NCBI GenBank assembly: GCA_963827235.1
Contig: CAWHAE010000008.1
Span: 256,001-320,000 of the forward strand
Direction of reading: 5' to 3'
Source of the DNA: an uncultured bacterium
GTDB lineage: Bacteria > Chloroflexota > UBA5177 > JANWHV01
Length of the DNA stretch: 64,000 nt
Numbering within the stretch: position 1 is the stretch's first letter; each line of letters opens with the position of its first letter. The position numbers and the translations under genes were made by a program. Under the pieces are notes generated by a model, which saw nothing but the letters and a program-made list of their open reading frames with translations, ran no database searches and had not been told where the DNA came from. This document shows positions 23,149 to 35,536 of the stretch, piece by piece.

Positions 23149-24738
23149 ATGGCTGACAGAGATGCGCGGCCGATCATCGACCTCATCCGAGCTCCGGCGA
23201 GCGGGCGTCGGGTAGAGTTGTCCGAGATCGCAATTCGTCTGCATGGCACCGACGACGTTGCGGTGGCGATCGAGGATCTGGCGGCAGGAACTCCTGTTGC
23301 CGGTCCTTTCGGGCCCCTGACCGTATCGAAGCTTATTCCCCGTGGGCACAAGATCGCGTTGCATGCTCTGGCGGCTGGAGATCCCGTGCGTCGATATGGC
23401 CAGACGATCGGCTTTGCGTCAACGAGCATTCACGAAGGCGACCACGTCCATACGCACAACATGGCGGTCCGAGAGTTCAGTCGCGATCCGGCATTTGGCA
23501 CCGAAGCCATACCGGTGGCATTGGTGCCGGCGGATGAACGGCGGACCTTCGAAGGCTACAAGCGCGCCGGCGGTCGGGTGGGCACGCGCAACTATGTTGC
23601 CGTCATCTCGACGGTGAACTGCAGCGCCACGGCCTGCAGGCGTATCGCGCAACGCTGCAGCGCCGATCTCTCCGAGCGTTTTCCGCACGTGGACGGGGTG
23701 ATCGCGCTGACCCATCACGGCGGCTGCGGTGCTCGCTACGGCGGCCCGGAGGTGGACCAGCTCCAGCGCACGCTTGCGGGATTCGCGCGGCACCCCAACG
23801 TCGGCGGTTTCATCGTCGTCGGGCTCGGCTGCGAGATCAACCAGATTCAGGACCTCGTGTCTCGGCACGATCTGGGCAGCGACGTCGTGCGGTCTCTGGT
23901 CATTCAGGACGAGGGCGGGCTGGCCGAGACAATCGACGCCGGAGTCACCGCGGTGACCTCGATATTGCCTACTGTCGAGAGCTGCCGGAGGACCACGCAG
24001 TCCGTGGAACATCTGGTAGTGGCCTTGCAGTGCGGCGGCAGCGATGCCTGGTCGGGCGTGACGGCGAATCCTGCGCTTGGATTTGCCGCCGATCAGATCG
24101 TGCGCCAGGGCGGCACCGTGGTGCTGGCCGAAACGACCGAGGTCTATGGCGCCGAGCATCTGCTCACCAGGCGAGCACGCAGCCGGGAGGTGGGCGAAGC
24201 GCTTCTGGAGCGGATTCGGTGGTGGGAGCAGCACACCGCGGCCATGGGATGCGAGATCGACAACAATCCCAGTCCGGGCAACAAGGCGGGCGGGCTGACC
24301 ACGATCTTCGAGAAGTCACTCGGCGCTATCGCCAAGAGCGGGACCACGCCGATGAACGCAGTGTACAAATACGCCGAGCAGATCACCGAGCGGGGCTTCG
24401 TGCACATGGATTCACCTGGCTACGACCCGGTTTCCGTCACAGGCCAGGTGGCAGGCGGCTGCAACGTCGTGGTCTTCACGACCGGCCGCGGGTCTGTGTT
24501 CGGCTTCAAGCCGGCACCGTCGATCAAGGTGGCAAGCAACAGCCAGCTCTACCAGCGCATGCCGGGCGATATGGACGTCAATGCAGGGCGTATCCTCGAG
24601 GGTGCAACGCTGAGCGAGGTGGGTTCTGAAATCCTCGAGGAAGTTATCGCGGTCGCTTCGGGTGCGAAGAGCAAGAGCGAAGCCCAGGGAGTGGGCGACG
24701 AGGAATTCAACCCATGGATCATCGGCGCCACACTCTAG
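23149..24738 (+). CDS. Altronate/galactarate dehydratase family (SAF + UxaA domain)
   Basis: IPRGHKIAL, HVHTHN, GTRNY, GLGCE, CGGSD..SG.TANP, NPSPGNKAGGLTTI.EKSLG, FTTGRG. Confidence 0.93.
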   Translation: MADRDARPIIDLIRAPASGRRVELSEIAIRLHGTDDVAVAIEDLAAGTPVAGPFGPLTVSKLIPRGHKIALHALAAGDPVRRYGQTIGFASTSIHEGDHVHTHNMAVREFSRDPAFGTEAIPVALVPADERRTFEGYKRAGGRVGTRNYVAVISTVNCSATACRRIAQRCSADLSERFPHVDGVIALTHHGGCGARYGGPEVDQLQRTLAGFARHPNVGGFIVVGLGCEINQIQDLVSRHDLGSDVVRSLVIQDEGGLAETIDAGVTAVTSILPTVESCRRTTQSVEHLVVALQCGGSDAWSGVTANPALGFAADQIVRQGGTVVLAETTEVYGAEHLLTRRARSREVGEALLERIRWWEQHTAAMGCEIDNNPSPGNKAGGLTTIFEKSLGAIAKSGTTPMNAVYKYAEQITERGFVHMDSPGYDPVSVTGQVAGGCNVVVFTTGRGSVFGFKPAPSIKVASNSQLYQRMPGDMDVNAGRILEGATLSEVGSEILEEVIAVASGAKSKSEAQGVGDEEFNPWIIGATL

Positions 24739-24858
24739 GTCGTGCGGGCAGGACTCGCCAGGGCGCACGACCAGCGGCGATAGTGTGGCCGTGCGTTCAA
24801 TCGCCAACAGCTCGTCTGCGGCTTGGCGAGCCACTAGGTCGCGTTCGTGGCGGTCCGA

Positions 24859-25644
24859 CTACAGCACGGTGAGCACCTCGTAGCCGGTCTCGGTGATTGC
24901 CACCGTGTGCTCGAACTGCGCGGAGCGCTTCCCATCCAGGGTGCACACGGTCCAGCCGTCGGCTAGGGTGATCGTTTCCGGCACGCCTTCGTTGATCATC
25001 GGCTCGATCGTGAACACCATGCCGGGCTTCAGCACCAGACCCGTGCCGCGATTGCCGAAATGGGAGACGCTGGGCTCCTCGTGGAGCATGCGGCCCACGC
25101 CGTGACCGACGTAGTCTCGCACGACGGAGAACCCGCGCGACTCGGCCAGTCGCTGGATGGCGGAGCCCACGTCGCCCAGGTGCGTTCCCGGCCCGCACGC
25201 GGCGACGCCGCGTTCGAGGCACTCTCTGGCCGTGTCTACGAGCTGCCTGCCCCGGGCGTCCACGCGCCCAATGAGAAAGGTCACGCAGGCGTCGCCGACC
25301 CAGCCGTCCAGGAGCACCCCGATGTCGATGCCGACGATGTCACCGTCGACCAGAGGAATGTCCCCCCTCGGAATACCGTGACAGATCACTTCGTTGACGG
25401 CGACACATATCGAAGCGGGAAAGGGGACGCGCGGGCGCGCCAACCCGTGCCCCGGCGGCGTGTATCCCTTGTAGATGGGCTCGGCGCCGTGAGCGCGAAT
25501 GAACTCCTCAGCGATGCGATCGAGCTCCAGCGTCGTGACGCCGGGCGCAATGTGCCGACGCAGCTGCTCATAGATCTGGGCGACGAGATGGCCGGCCTTG
25601 CGCAGACCGTCTATCTGACGCTCCGACTTCAAGATGACGCTCAT
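24859..25644 (-). CDS. map: Methionine aminopeptidase type I
   Basis: VNEVICHGIP, DIG...D, GHGVG..LHEEP, FTIEPMIN, SAQFEHT. Confidence 0.96.
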   Translation of the reverse strand: MSVILKSERQIDGLRKAGHLVAQIYEQLRRHIAPGVTTLELDRIAEEFIRAHGAEPIYKGYTPPGHGLARPRVPFPASICVAVNEVICHGIPRGDIPLVDGDIVGIDIGVLLDGWVGDACVTFLIGRVDARGRQLVDTARECLERGVAACGPGTHLGDVGSAIQRLAESRGFSVVRDYVGHGVGRMLHEEPSVSHFGNRGTGLVLKPGMVFTIEPMINEGVPETITLADGWTVCTLDGKRSAQFEHTVAITETGYEVLTVL

Positions 25645-26163
25645 CTGCCTCCCTCATTGCTCTCAGATCGGGAACCGGCAAGGCGACTCCATCCCGGCGG
25701 TCAAGATGATTCCCGGCGACCTCGTCGCTTTCTCAAGAGCTCAGCGCGATGTCATCCCATTGTACCCGGGCGGATACCAACGTTCGCCGGTCGCTCCGGG
25801 CATACTCGAAACCTGAACCCTATTGCGACGCTCAGCAGGCACCTGCGCCCGGGATCGCTCGAGCACCGTGCCAGCCCTTGTGTGTCAGGAGGGCGCGTGC
25901 GCGAGACGCTTTCTCTCCGGTGCTGGATTGGCACCCAAGACAATTCGCCGCCAGAATGAGATCTGTGACCTGGCGCTTGGGCCCGCCAAGCCCGTGACCG
26001 CGGCCGTCTCCCGACTTGCCCGGCATGGCGTCATTCGGCGCGAGGCAACAATCCGCAGCGCCGTGCGGCCCGAGTATGCCACCGTGCCAGGCGCACATAG
26101 GCTTGCGTCGAGTCCGCGCGTACGGGAAGCGTGGCGGTCATTCTGTGCTACGATCAGCCTGAC

Positions 26164-26895
26164 ATGGCTGATGCGATATCCGATTATTCGTCCGGCTCCC
26201 CCGTCTCGTGCACGCTGCTGGTCGACGAGCTGGGTTGCATGGACTACCAGGCTGCGCTGGACTTGCAGCGGAGTCTCCACGCCTCCCGCGTGGCCGGGGA
26301 GCGCGAGGACACGCTGCTTCTGCTCCAGCATCCGCACGTGTATACGCTGGGACGCAACTCGGATCCGGGGCACATTCTGGTGAGCGATACGTTTCTGAAG
26401 GCTCATGGGGCAACGGTGGCGCGCAACGAGCGAGGCGGAGAGGTGACGTATCATGGCCCCGGCCAGCTCGTCGCCTATCCGATCATTCTGCTTCGACCGG
26501 GGGAGCGAAGTATCACGCAGCTCGTGCGGAGGCTCGAGCAATCGATTATCGACACCCTCGCGGAGTTCGGACTGCAGGGCGGCCTCGAAGAAGGCCAGCC
26601 GGGTGTTTGGGTTGCCGGCAGAAAGATCGCGAGCATAGGCATGGCAGTGCGACGCTGGGTGGTGATGCACGGCATGGCGCTCAACGTGGATCCGGACTTG
26701 GCCTACTTCAGCTACATAAACCCATGCGGTCACGCGGGCATGCAGGTGACCAGCATGGTGCGCGAGCTTGGCCACGACATCGCGTGCGACACCGTATCGG
26801 ACTCCTTTGCCAGGCACTTTGCCTCGGTGTTCGACCGGACATTGGTGGCGGCCGGCCAGCAGTCCGTCACCCGGGGACAGTATGTCGGCGCATGA
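26164..26895 (+). CDS. lipB: Octanoyltransferase LipB
   Basis: LLQHPHVYTLGR, RGGEVTYHGPGQLVAYPI, KIASIG, HGMALNV, INPCG. Confidence 0.95.
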   Translation: MADAISDYSSGSPVSCTLLVDELGCMDYQAALDLQRSLHASRVAGEREDTLLLLQHPHVYTLGRNSDPGHILVSDTFLKAHGATVARNERGGEVTYHGPGQLVAYPIILLRPGERSITQLVRRLEQSIIDTLAEFGLQGGLEEGQPGVWVAGRKIASIGMAVRRWVVMHGMALNVDPDLAYFSYINPCGHAGMQVTSMVRELGHDIACDTVSDSFARHFASVFDRTLVAAGQQSVTRGQYVGA

Positions 26896-27727
26896 AACTC
26901 GCCTGGATGCTCCGGTAGTTGGCGTGGTGGGCGGTGCCGGCAGCATGGGCCGATGGCTGAGGTCCTTCTGGGAGCCGCGTTGCGCCCAAGTGGTCTGGAG
27001 CGACCGCGACAGCGAGCTCTCGAACGACCGTGTGGTCCGCCGCGCCGACATCACATTCGTTGCCGTGCCGCTCGGTCAGACGCCGGCGGCGTTGCGCTCG
27101 CTCGCGCCGCTGGCCGGCGAACACCAGTGCCTGGTGAGCATCGGGTCGCTGATGGAGCCGTCGGCGCGAGAGCTGGCTGCCGCACCGGGCGAGGCCCTCT
27201 GCGTGCATCCGGTGTTTGGGCCTACGGTCCGGGCGTTGGTCAATCTCCCGATCGTGGTCTCCCCGGTACGAAGCGGCCGCTGGCAGCCCTGGCTGACCGC
27301 GACCTTCCGTGAATGCGGCATGCGCGTGCGGGTGAGCAGCCCGGCGGAGCACGACCGATCGATGGCGGTGGTTCAGGCGCTTCTGCACAGTCTGTTCGTT
27401 GCTCTCAGCGCAGCAATGGACGCGGCCGGATTGCCTCCTGTTGAGGCGATCCAGTGGGCCAGTCCGACGATGAAACTGCAGCTCGGGCTGGCGGCAAGGA
27501 TTCTCAGCCAGGATAGCCGGCTCTACGCCGACCTCGTCGTTCTGAACGAACACGCGCCCGATCGACTGGACGAACTGGCTGCTCAGCTCCATCGCCTGGC
27601 GGATATCGCGCGGAGAGGGGACCGGGCCGGTTTTGTGCAGGCGTTTGAGGCCGCCCGAGCGGCCTTCGGCGATACGCTTGGCGATCTGGCCGATCGCGCT
27701 GAGACCTCCCTTGAGCACCTTCCCTAG
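26882..27727 (+). CDS. tyrA: Prephenate dehydrogenase family protein
   Basis: GVVGGAGSMG Rossmann motif, HPVFGP, EHDRSMAVVQAL.H. Confidence 0.85.
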   Translation: MSAHETRLDAPVVGVVGGAGSMGRWLRSFWEPRCAQVVWSDRDSELSNDRVVRRADITFVAVPLGQTPAALRSLAPLAGEHQCLVSIGSLMEPSARELAAAPGEALCVHPVFGPTVRALVNLPIVVSPVRSGRWQPWLTATFRECGMRVRVSSPAEHDRSMAVVQALLHSLFVALSAAMDAAGLPPVEAIQWASPTMKLQLGLAARILSQDSRLYADLVVLNEHAPDRLDELAAQLHRLADIARRGDRAGFVQAFEAARAAFGDTLGDLADRAETSLEHLP

Positions 27728-27770
27728 GCCCAGTGCCCGCGCGATCCGCGTCCCGTACGGGTGCTCAGAC

Positions 27771-29390
27771 GTGTCACACCAGGACGGTATCTCGCGCCGG
27801 TCCGCTCAAGACGTGGTGTGGGCCACCGTGATCTGCGCAGCAGTCGTGGCCGGTCTGGTCGTTCGACTGATCCTGCTGCAGCGTTATTACCTCATCCCCG
27901 ATGCGGATCAGTCGGTGCTTGGGCTCATGGCTCGGCACATACTCCTGGGCGAGCGCCCGTTGTTCTACTGGGGCCAGAGCTACACGGGCAGTGGCGAGGC
28001 CTATGTGACGGCGGCCCTATTCGGCCTGTTCGGCCAGTCGAACCTCCTGCTTCATCTCACTCCATTGGCCGCATCGACCGCTTTCACCGCCACCACGTGC
28101 GCGATCACCTGGCGCCTTTATGGCGGACAGGTGGCCGCGCTCACATCCGTGCTGCTGGCAGTCGGTCCGGCTTTGCTGGTCGATTGGAGTCTCTGGGCCG
28201 GATCCGGCTACGTGGAGGCCATGGCTGCAGGAAGCGCGGCGATTCTTCTCGTGCTGCCTTCGCAGGGCAACGACGCCTCTCTGGGACGGGTGCTCCTCGC
28301 GTTCTTCCTCCTCGGCCTTGCGGTCTGGATTCAGCCCACGGGCGCGTACTACCTGGTGGCCGTGATCGCAGCGCTAGCCGGCAGCGCCGGCCGTCCCCAG
28401 CTCCGCGTACGTGTCGTGGTCGCTGTCATCGCAGCGGGTGTCGCCGCGGCGGTAGCATTCTGCGCCGGGGCGTCATTGCTGCTCGTCTACAACCTTCAAC
28501 ACGACTGGGCGACGCTGGCCTTTATCTCCGGCCATTCGACCGGCCTGGGCCGGGCGACCGTGCTTGCGCGCGCGTTCCTCTGGGCCGGCCCAGTATTGAT
28601 CGGTTTCCTGCCTCCTTCCACCGACCGCGCGTACTTTCTTCGCTTCATTCTCGACCACTACGTACTGTACGGTGCCTCGCTCTGCATACTGTGCCTGCTG
28701 CTCTTTCGTGGATTCAGCCTGTGGAGAGCGGCCGCGAGGCGCGTGCGTGCCCCATTTTCGGCGGGAGCCGGCGGCGATATCGCCCTTGCCACCCTGGCTC
28801 TTGTGGTGCTTGCCGGTTATCTCGCCACCGGGTGGGGCGGGCAGCAATGGTCAGGTTCCGAGCCCCGCTACCTGCTGCCGCTGTATTCTGCGCTGCCGTT
28901 GGCCGTACGCCTGGCTATTCCAGCGCATCCTAGAGTCTGGCAGTGGGCCGTCGCCTGGGTAGTCGTGCTCGCCGTCGCCGGTGCCGGGCTGTCCGTCAAC
29001 ACTACGAGCTTTGCTCGGACAGACTATGTTCCCCTTGCCCGCCTATTGGAAAGTCGCGGCATCCGAGCAGTGTACGGCGACTACTGGACGGTCTATCCGC
29101 TCATGTTCGCCAGCGAGGAGCGAGTGATTGGCGTGGCAGTCGACGACGACCTGGCAAGAGGGGTGCTGAACAACCGCTACAGCCCCTATCTGCGCACCGC
29201 TGCCGCGACAAGCTCCTTCGCATGGATAGCCGCAGCGGGCAGCACGCGCGAGCGGAGCGCCATGCTCTGTCTGGAGAGCTTGAAGAGCCGCTACACCCGC
29301 CTGACATGGCAGGACCAGGTGATCATTCTGCGGCCAACCAACAGGGCATTTCCCTGGTGGAACGGAGGGCGCTGCCCTACCGTTTCTTAG
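27771..29390 (+). CDS. GT-C (family 39-like) membrane glycosyltransferase
   Basis: DADQSVLGLMARHI, FYWGQSYTGSGE, PRYLLP, YGDYW motifs; many TMs. Confidence 0.78.
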   Translation: MSHQDGISRRSAQDVVWATVICAAVVAGLVVRLILLQRYYLIPDADQSVLGLMARHILLGERPLFYWGQSYTGSGEAYVTAALFGLFGQSNLLLHLTPLAASTAFTATTCAITWRLYGGQVAALTSVLLAVGPALLVDWSLWAGSGYVEAMAAGSAAILLVLPSQGNDASLGRVLLAFFLLGLAVWIQPTGAYYLVAVIAALAGSAGRPQLRVRVVVAVIAAGVAAAVAFCAGASLLLVYNLQHDWATLAFISGHSTGLGRATVLARAFLWAGPVLIGFLPPSTDRAYFLRFILDHYVLYGASLCILCLLLFRGFSLWRAAARRVRAPFSAGAGGDIALATLALVVLAGYLATGWGGQQWSGSEPRYLLPLYSALPLAVRLAIPAHPRVWQWAVAWVVVLAVAGAGLSVNTTSFARTDYVPLARLLESRGIRAVYGDYWTVYPLMFASEERVIGVAVDDDLARGVLNNRYSPYLRTAAATSSFAWIAAAGSTRERSAMLCLESLKSRYTRLTWQDQVIILRPTNRAFPWWNGGRCPTVS

Positions 29391-29784
29391 TCTTCACGAG
29401 ATCGACAGGCCGAAAGCGAAGCGCCGACCATACGTTGTCGACGGCAACCTGGGTGACCGGTCGCCACCCGGTCGTCTCCATGGCTTGCCAGCAGGTGTCA
29501 CGGCTGAGATCGGTCGGCAGGCCGGCACTTTTCTTTGGATAGGCTATCCAGACCACGCCCTCCGGCTTCGCGACGGCGCTGGTGGACGCGGCTCCGCCGA
29601 GCAGGACGCCTCGATCGCGCGCGAATAGCACGACCCAATCGTACAAAACGCCAGGAGAAGGCGCAGTATCGGCGATCTCCGGAGCGGAGATTAGCGCGCT
29701 GAGCTCGTCAGGGGTGTTGAGCAATAGCGCGCGCATGCCCGGTTTGCGTAGCAGCTTAGCCAGTAGCACGGGTACGTCCATCAT
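29377..29784 (-). CDS. DUF3052-like hypothetical protein
   Basis: WIAYPKKS..TDLSRD, VAVD.VWSALRFR; RBS GAGGAG. Confidence 0.75.
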   Translation of the reverse strand: MMDVPVLLAKLLRKPGMRALLLNTPDELSALISAPEIADTAPSPGVLYDWVVLFARDRGVLLGGAASTSAVAKPEGVVWIAYPKKSAGLPTDLSRDTCWQAMETTGWRPVTQVAVDNVWSALRFRPVDLVKTKKR

Positions 29785-30053
29785 GAGACTGCCACTCCTC
29801 TTGCTAGATACCGGCCGGATCCCTCGAATTAGGAGCGCGCGGCTTCCGGACCAGACGGATGCCACAGTAGGTGTGGCCGCGGCTACCGCCTCAGGCAAGA
29901 ACAAGTGATGACTGCGCGTAGATGCATGCTTGACAGCCGGACGGCCGCGAACGCAGAACCATGATACCGCGCTGCCCGTCTACGGCGATAAGCGTGGCCG
30001 CGCCTCCGCAGTACAATGCGAGGAGAGTCTGCCATGAGATGGGAGCGGCGGCG

Positions 30054-31581
30054 GTGAGTCCTGGCGAGCGCGTCGATGTGTCCGGTTTCGTGTCGCTGGT
30101 CGGTGCGGGTCCCGGCGACCCGGGGCTGATCACGGTCAAGGGCCTGCAACGGCTGCGCGAGGCGGAGGTCGTCGTCTACGATCGGCTGGCTAACGAGGAC
30201 CTGCTTCAGGAAGCACCAAACTCGGCGCTGCTGATCTTTGCTGGCAAACAACCTGGCAGCCATGCCCTGTCCCAGCGCCAGATCAATGACCTCTTGGTCC
30301 AGCATGGACAGGCCGGGCGCCGAGTCGTGCGCCTCAAGGGCGGGGACCCCTTCGTGTTCGGCCGTGGCGGCGAGGAGGCTGAGGCCCTGGTGGACGCGGG
30401 TATCCGTTACGAGGTGGTTCCCGGTGTGACATCCGCGATCGCGGCGCCGGCCTACGCAGGTATACCGGTGACACACCGGGATCTCACGACCGCGTTCACG
30501 GTGGTCACCGGTCACGAGGACCCCGAGAAGGCGGTGTCGGCTATCCCATGGCAGTCTCTGGCCGTGGGGCCGGACACCGTCGTCTTCCTGATGGGTATCG
30601 GGCAGCTCGAAGAGATCGCCTCCCGGCTGACCGGCGCCGGTCGCGATGCCTCGACCCCGGTCGCGGTCGTCCGGCGCGGGACGTGGCCCGACCAGCAGGT
30701 GGTGCTGGGCACTCTGGCGAACATAGCGTCAAAGGTTCGCGACGCTGGCATCGAGCCGCCTGCGGTTGCAGTGGTAGGGCAGGTGGCAGGTCTGGCGGGC
30801 AAGTTGCACTGGTTTCGCCCGCCTGCACTGGCCGGCAAGTGCGTGCTCGTCACACGGTCGCGCGAGCAGGCCAGCGCGCTCACCTCGCTGCTGCGGTCGC
30901 TCGGGGCGAGCGTGTTGGAGTATCCGGCGATCCGCATCCTGCCTGCCGAGGACTACGCCGAACTTGATGCAGCGTTGCGGCAGAGCGATCGATACAGGTG
31001 GATCTGCTTCACCAGCGTCAACGCGGTTGCCGCCGTAGACCGTCGGCTGCAGGAATTGGGCCTCGACTGGAGCGACCTGAGCCTTTCCGGAGTGGCGGCG
31101 ATCGGGCCCGCCACGCGAGACGCCCTGGTGGCCAGAGGTGCACGCGTCGACTACGTACCGGAGCAGTTCGTGGCCGAGGCGATTGGGCGTGACATGCCGG
31201 ACGTAGCAGGCGCGCGCTTCCTTCTCGCTCGAGCAGACATTGCCGATCAGCGGCTTGTCGACGCCCTGGCCGTCCGAGGTGCCTATGTGGAGCAGTTCAC
31301 CGCCTATCGAACGGTGATGTCCGGCGAGGACGCAGGCGCGGTGCGCGAGGCGCTCCGGTCGCGCACGATCGACGTGGTCACGTTCACCAGCTCGTCCACC
31401 GTACGCAACCTGTGCGCGGCGCTCGGTGATGGCGCGCGAGAGATGTTGGCAACGACCGTCGTCGCATGCATCGGTCCAGTGACCGCCGCGACCGCCAGGG
31501 ACCTTGGCCTGGCGCCTGCGGTCGTGGCTGCCGAGCACACGATCCCCGGCCTGGTGGAGGCTATCGAGGAGCGTCTTGCCC

Positions 31582-31589
<8 letters not shown>
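30054..31589 (+). CDS. cobA: Uroporphyrinogen-III C-methyltransferase / synthase fusion (CobA-HemD)
   Basis: VGAGPGDPGLIT, RLKGGDPFVFGRGGEE, then HemD (VLVTRSREQ, FTS.NAV, FTSSSTV, CIGPVTA); exact start uncertain. Confidence 0.93.
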
Positions 31590-32880
<1,291 letters not shown>

Positions 32881-33101
32881 GCGCATTGCCCGGCGCCAAG
32901 CAGGGCGAACCCACCTCAAAACTTCTGTTCAGTACGTGACAAACTGGGGCGCCCCAGTGCATACTAGGAAGCGCTGGCACGGGGCAAGACCCGCCGACGT
33001 ACGGTTGGCGATGGCGGGAACCTGTGTGGCGCGCGAGCCTGCGCGCACGGTGATGCAGGCCGCGGTAGATTTCTGTTCTAGGTGGAAGAAGGTAAGCCAT
33101 C

Positions 33102-34109
33102 GTGCAAGGTTCCCGCGTTTTCCTTGGCGTCGACGGAGGTTCATCGGGTACCCGAGCGCTGATCGTCGACGACCTGGGTAGAGCCCTGGGCCTTGGTTTC
33201 GGTGGCAACGCAAATCATGCCTCGATCGGCTACGACACGGCAGCGTCACACGTCATGGAGGCGGCCGAGCAGGCCGCAAGCACGGCAGGAATCGACCTCT
33301 GGAAGGTGGAGCGTGCCCACCTTGCTGTGGCCGGGGATGACGTTGAGGATGACCATTACAGTCTCACCGCCGAGCTGAAGGCGTGCTTGGGTGACGTCCC
33401 TTTCGATCTGACCAACGACGTGTGGGCCGGCCTGCGCGCCGGCTCGATCGACGGCTGCGGGATCGCGGTCAATTGCGGCAGCGGCGCGGGCGGAGTAGGC
33501 AAGAATGCCGCGGGAGCCGCTCTCATGATTCCCGATCTCGGGTATATCTTCGGCGACTCAGGCGGTGGCATGCAGATAGGCGTAGATGCTGTTCGCGCCG
33601 TGATCCGCGCCTGGGACGGTCGCGGCTGTCCTACCGCCCTCACAGAGGCCGTATTGGCGCTCGCCGGGCAACCGTCGACCGAGGCGCTCTACCTTGCGGT
33701 ATACCGGGGAGCCGTCGATCGATCTAGAATTCGCCAATGTACCCGTCTGGTATTTATGCTGGCCAGGCAGGGTGATGAGGTGGCAGTGGAGATCTTGCGA
33801 CGCATAGGCGATGAGTTCGGTGTGACCGCATGCGCGATCGCGCGCAGGCTCGGGATGGAGAGCGACGGCTTCGACTTCGTACTGGCCGGCGGCTCGATAC
33901 GCACGCTGAGCTCACCGCTCGTCGAAGCCGCGGTGCGGCGTCTCCGCTCGGTGGCCGCGGATTGTAGGCCCACGTTGCCGAAGCTGATGCCGGTAGCTGG
34001 TGCGGCACTGCTGGCAATGGAAGCCGCCGGCGTGCCTGTAGGGCTCGAGCTCTTCGACTCGCTGATCGACCAAGGACACGGCTGGCATCCCGAGGAGAAT
34101 TTCGACTAG
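33102..34109 (+). CDS. BadF/BcrAD-type sugar (GlcNAc-like) kinase
   Basis: GVDGGSSGT, ND, GSGA, GD.GGG, LAGGS ASKHA motifs. Confidence 0.85.
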   Translation: MQGSRVFLGVDGGSSGTRALIVDDLGRALGLGFGGNANHASIGYDTAASHVMEAAEQAASTAGIDLWKVERAHLAVAGDDVEDDHYSLTAELKACLGDVPFDLTNDVWAGLRAGSIDGCGIAVNCGSGAGGVGKNAAGAALMIPDLGYIFGDSGGGMQIGVDAVRAVIRAWDGRGCPTALTEAVLALAGQPSTEALYLAVYRGAVDRSRIRQCTRLVFMLARQGDEVAVEILRRIGDEFGVTACAIARRLGMESDGFDFVLAGGSIRTLSSPLVEAAVRRLRSVAADCRPTLPKLMPVAGAALLAMEAAGVPVGLELFDSLIDQGHGWHPEENFD

Positions 34110-34129
34110 CACGAGATGGAGCGGCACTG

Positions 34130-35401
34130 ATGAAGATAGGCGTCATTGGCGCCGGCAGCACTTACACGCCCGAGTTGATAGAGGGCCTGCTGCAGCGGCG
34201 CTCAGTTATCCCGACCACTGAGCTCGTACTGATGGATATCGACCCGTCGAAGCTCGAGATCGTAGGCAAGCTGGCAACGCGCATGGTAGAGCGGGAGGGG
34301 AGCCCTTTCAAGGTGCGCCTCACGACAGACCGGCTGGACGCCGTGCGCCACGCGCAGTTCGTTCTTACGCAGATTCGCGTGGGGCGACTGCAGGCGCGGG
34401 AAAAGGACGAGCTGATTCCGCGCAGTTACGGCTACGTGGGCCAGGAGACGACGGGGGCGGGCGGCTTCTTCAAGGCGTTGCGCACGATACCCGTGATCCT
34501 CTCCATCGCCCGCGAGATGGAGTCGCATGCTCCGGGCGCCTGGATGATCAACTTCACGAACCCGGCCGGCATTGTCACGGAGGCCGTGCTGACACATACG
34601 CACGTCCCGGTGATCGGGCTCTGCAATGGGCCGTTCGGCACCCTCAAGCGCATCTCGGAAGTGCTCGGAGCGCCGGAGCGCGAGCTCAGCATGCGGTTCT
34701 TCGGTCTCAATCACCTGAGCTTTGCCGCCGACATCTGCCATCTCGGCAAGAACGTGCACGCGGCAGTCGTCGAGGCCATGGCATCGAACGCGGATCCGAC
34801 CGACGCGGCCATCCTTCGCGGACTGGGTCTCATTCCGTCCAGCTACCTGCAGTACTTCTACAAGCGGCCGGAGAAGGTCGCCGAGCAGCAGGCCGAGAGC
34901 CAGAGCCGGGCCCAACGGGTAATGGACATAGAGCGGGAGCTGCTGTCCCTCTACGAGAAGCCCGAGCTGGCCGAAAAGCCCAAGGTGCTCGAGCAACGCG
35001 GCGGTGCCTGGTATAGTACTGTAGCCACGAGGCTGATGGAGTCCATCGTCTCCAATAGAGGCGACGTGCACATCGTGAACACGCGTAACCGGGGATCCAT
35101 AGTAGACCTGCCGTTCGACTGCGCGGTAGAGGTTGCAGCCTCGGTGGACGGGCGAGGACCGACGCCGTTGGCGCAGGGCAGCTTGCCGGTGAAAGTTCGC
35201 GGACTGGTCCAGCAGGTCAAGGCCTACGAGCAGCTTACCGTCCAGGCCGCTGTGAGCGGTGACCGCGAGACCGCCATCTGGGCGCTTACCAACAACCCTC
35301 TGGTCGGATCCTACACGGCCGCCTCTACGCTGGTCGACGCGCTCATGGAGGCGCATCGCGAGTATCTCCCGGCATTCTTCCCTGGTGGCTCCGCCCGTTG
35401 A
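34130..35401 (+). CDS. GH4 6-phospho-beta-glucosidase family
   Basis: IGAGSTYTPE, QIRVG, GQETTGAGG, INFTNP, GLCN, GLNH, RGGAWYS. Confidence 0.93.
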   Translation: MKIGVIGAGSTYTPELIEGLLQRRSVIPTTELVLMDIDPSKLEIVGKLATRMVEREGSPFKVRLTTDRLDAVRHAQFVLTQIRVGRLQAREKDELIPRSYGYVGQETTGAGGFFKALRTIPVILSIAREMESHAPGAWMINFTNPAGIVTEAVLTHTHVPVIGLCNGPFGTLKRISEVLGAPERELSMRFFGLNHLSFAADICHLGKNVHAAVVEAMASNADPTDAAILRGLGLIPSSYLQYFYKRPEKVAEQQAESQSRAQRVMDIERELLSLYEKPELAEKPKVLEQRGGAWYSTVATRLMESIVSNRGDVHIVNTRNRGSIVDLPFDCAVEVAASVDGRGPTPLAQGSLPVKVRGLVQQVKAYEQLTVQAAVSGDRETAIWALTNNPLVGSYTAASTLVDALMEAHREYLPAFFPGGSAR

Positions 35402-35536
35402 CGGCGCAACCTCTGATGCCCGGCGGTGCGCGACCACAGTCGACGAGCTGCCGGGTGTCGCGAGAGCATGCCTGGCAGGGAAGGCCGGCAGCAGCATTGA
35501 CTCGGATTCAGCGTCGAGTCTGATCAAGGAGCGAAC

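Noticed and set aside
29785-30050. Cobalamin riboswitch upstream of cobA-hemD
   Set aside because: No B12-box or GGGAA/GCCACTG core arrangement found.
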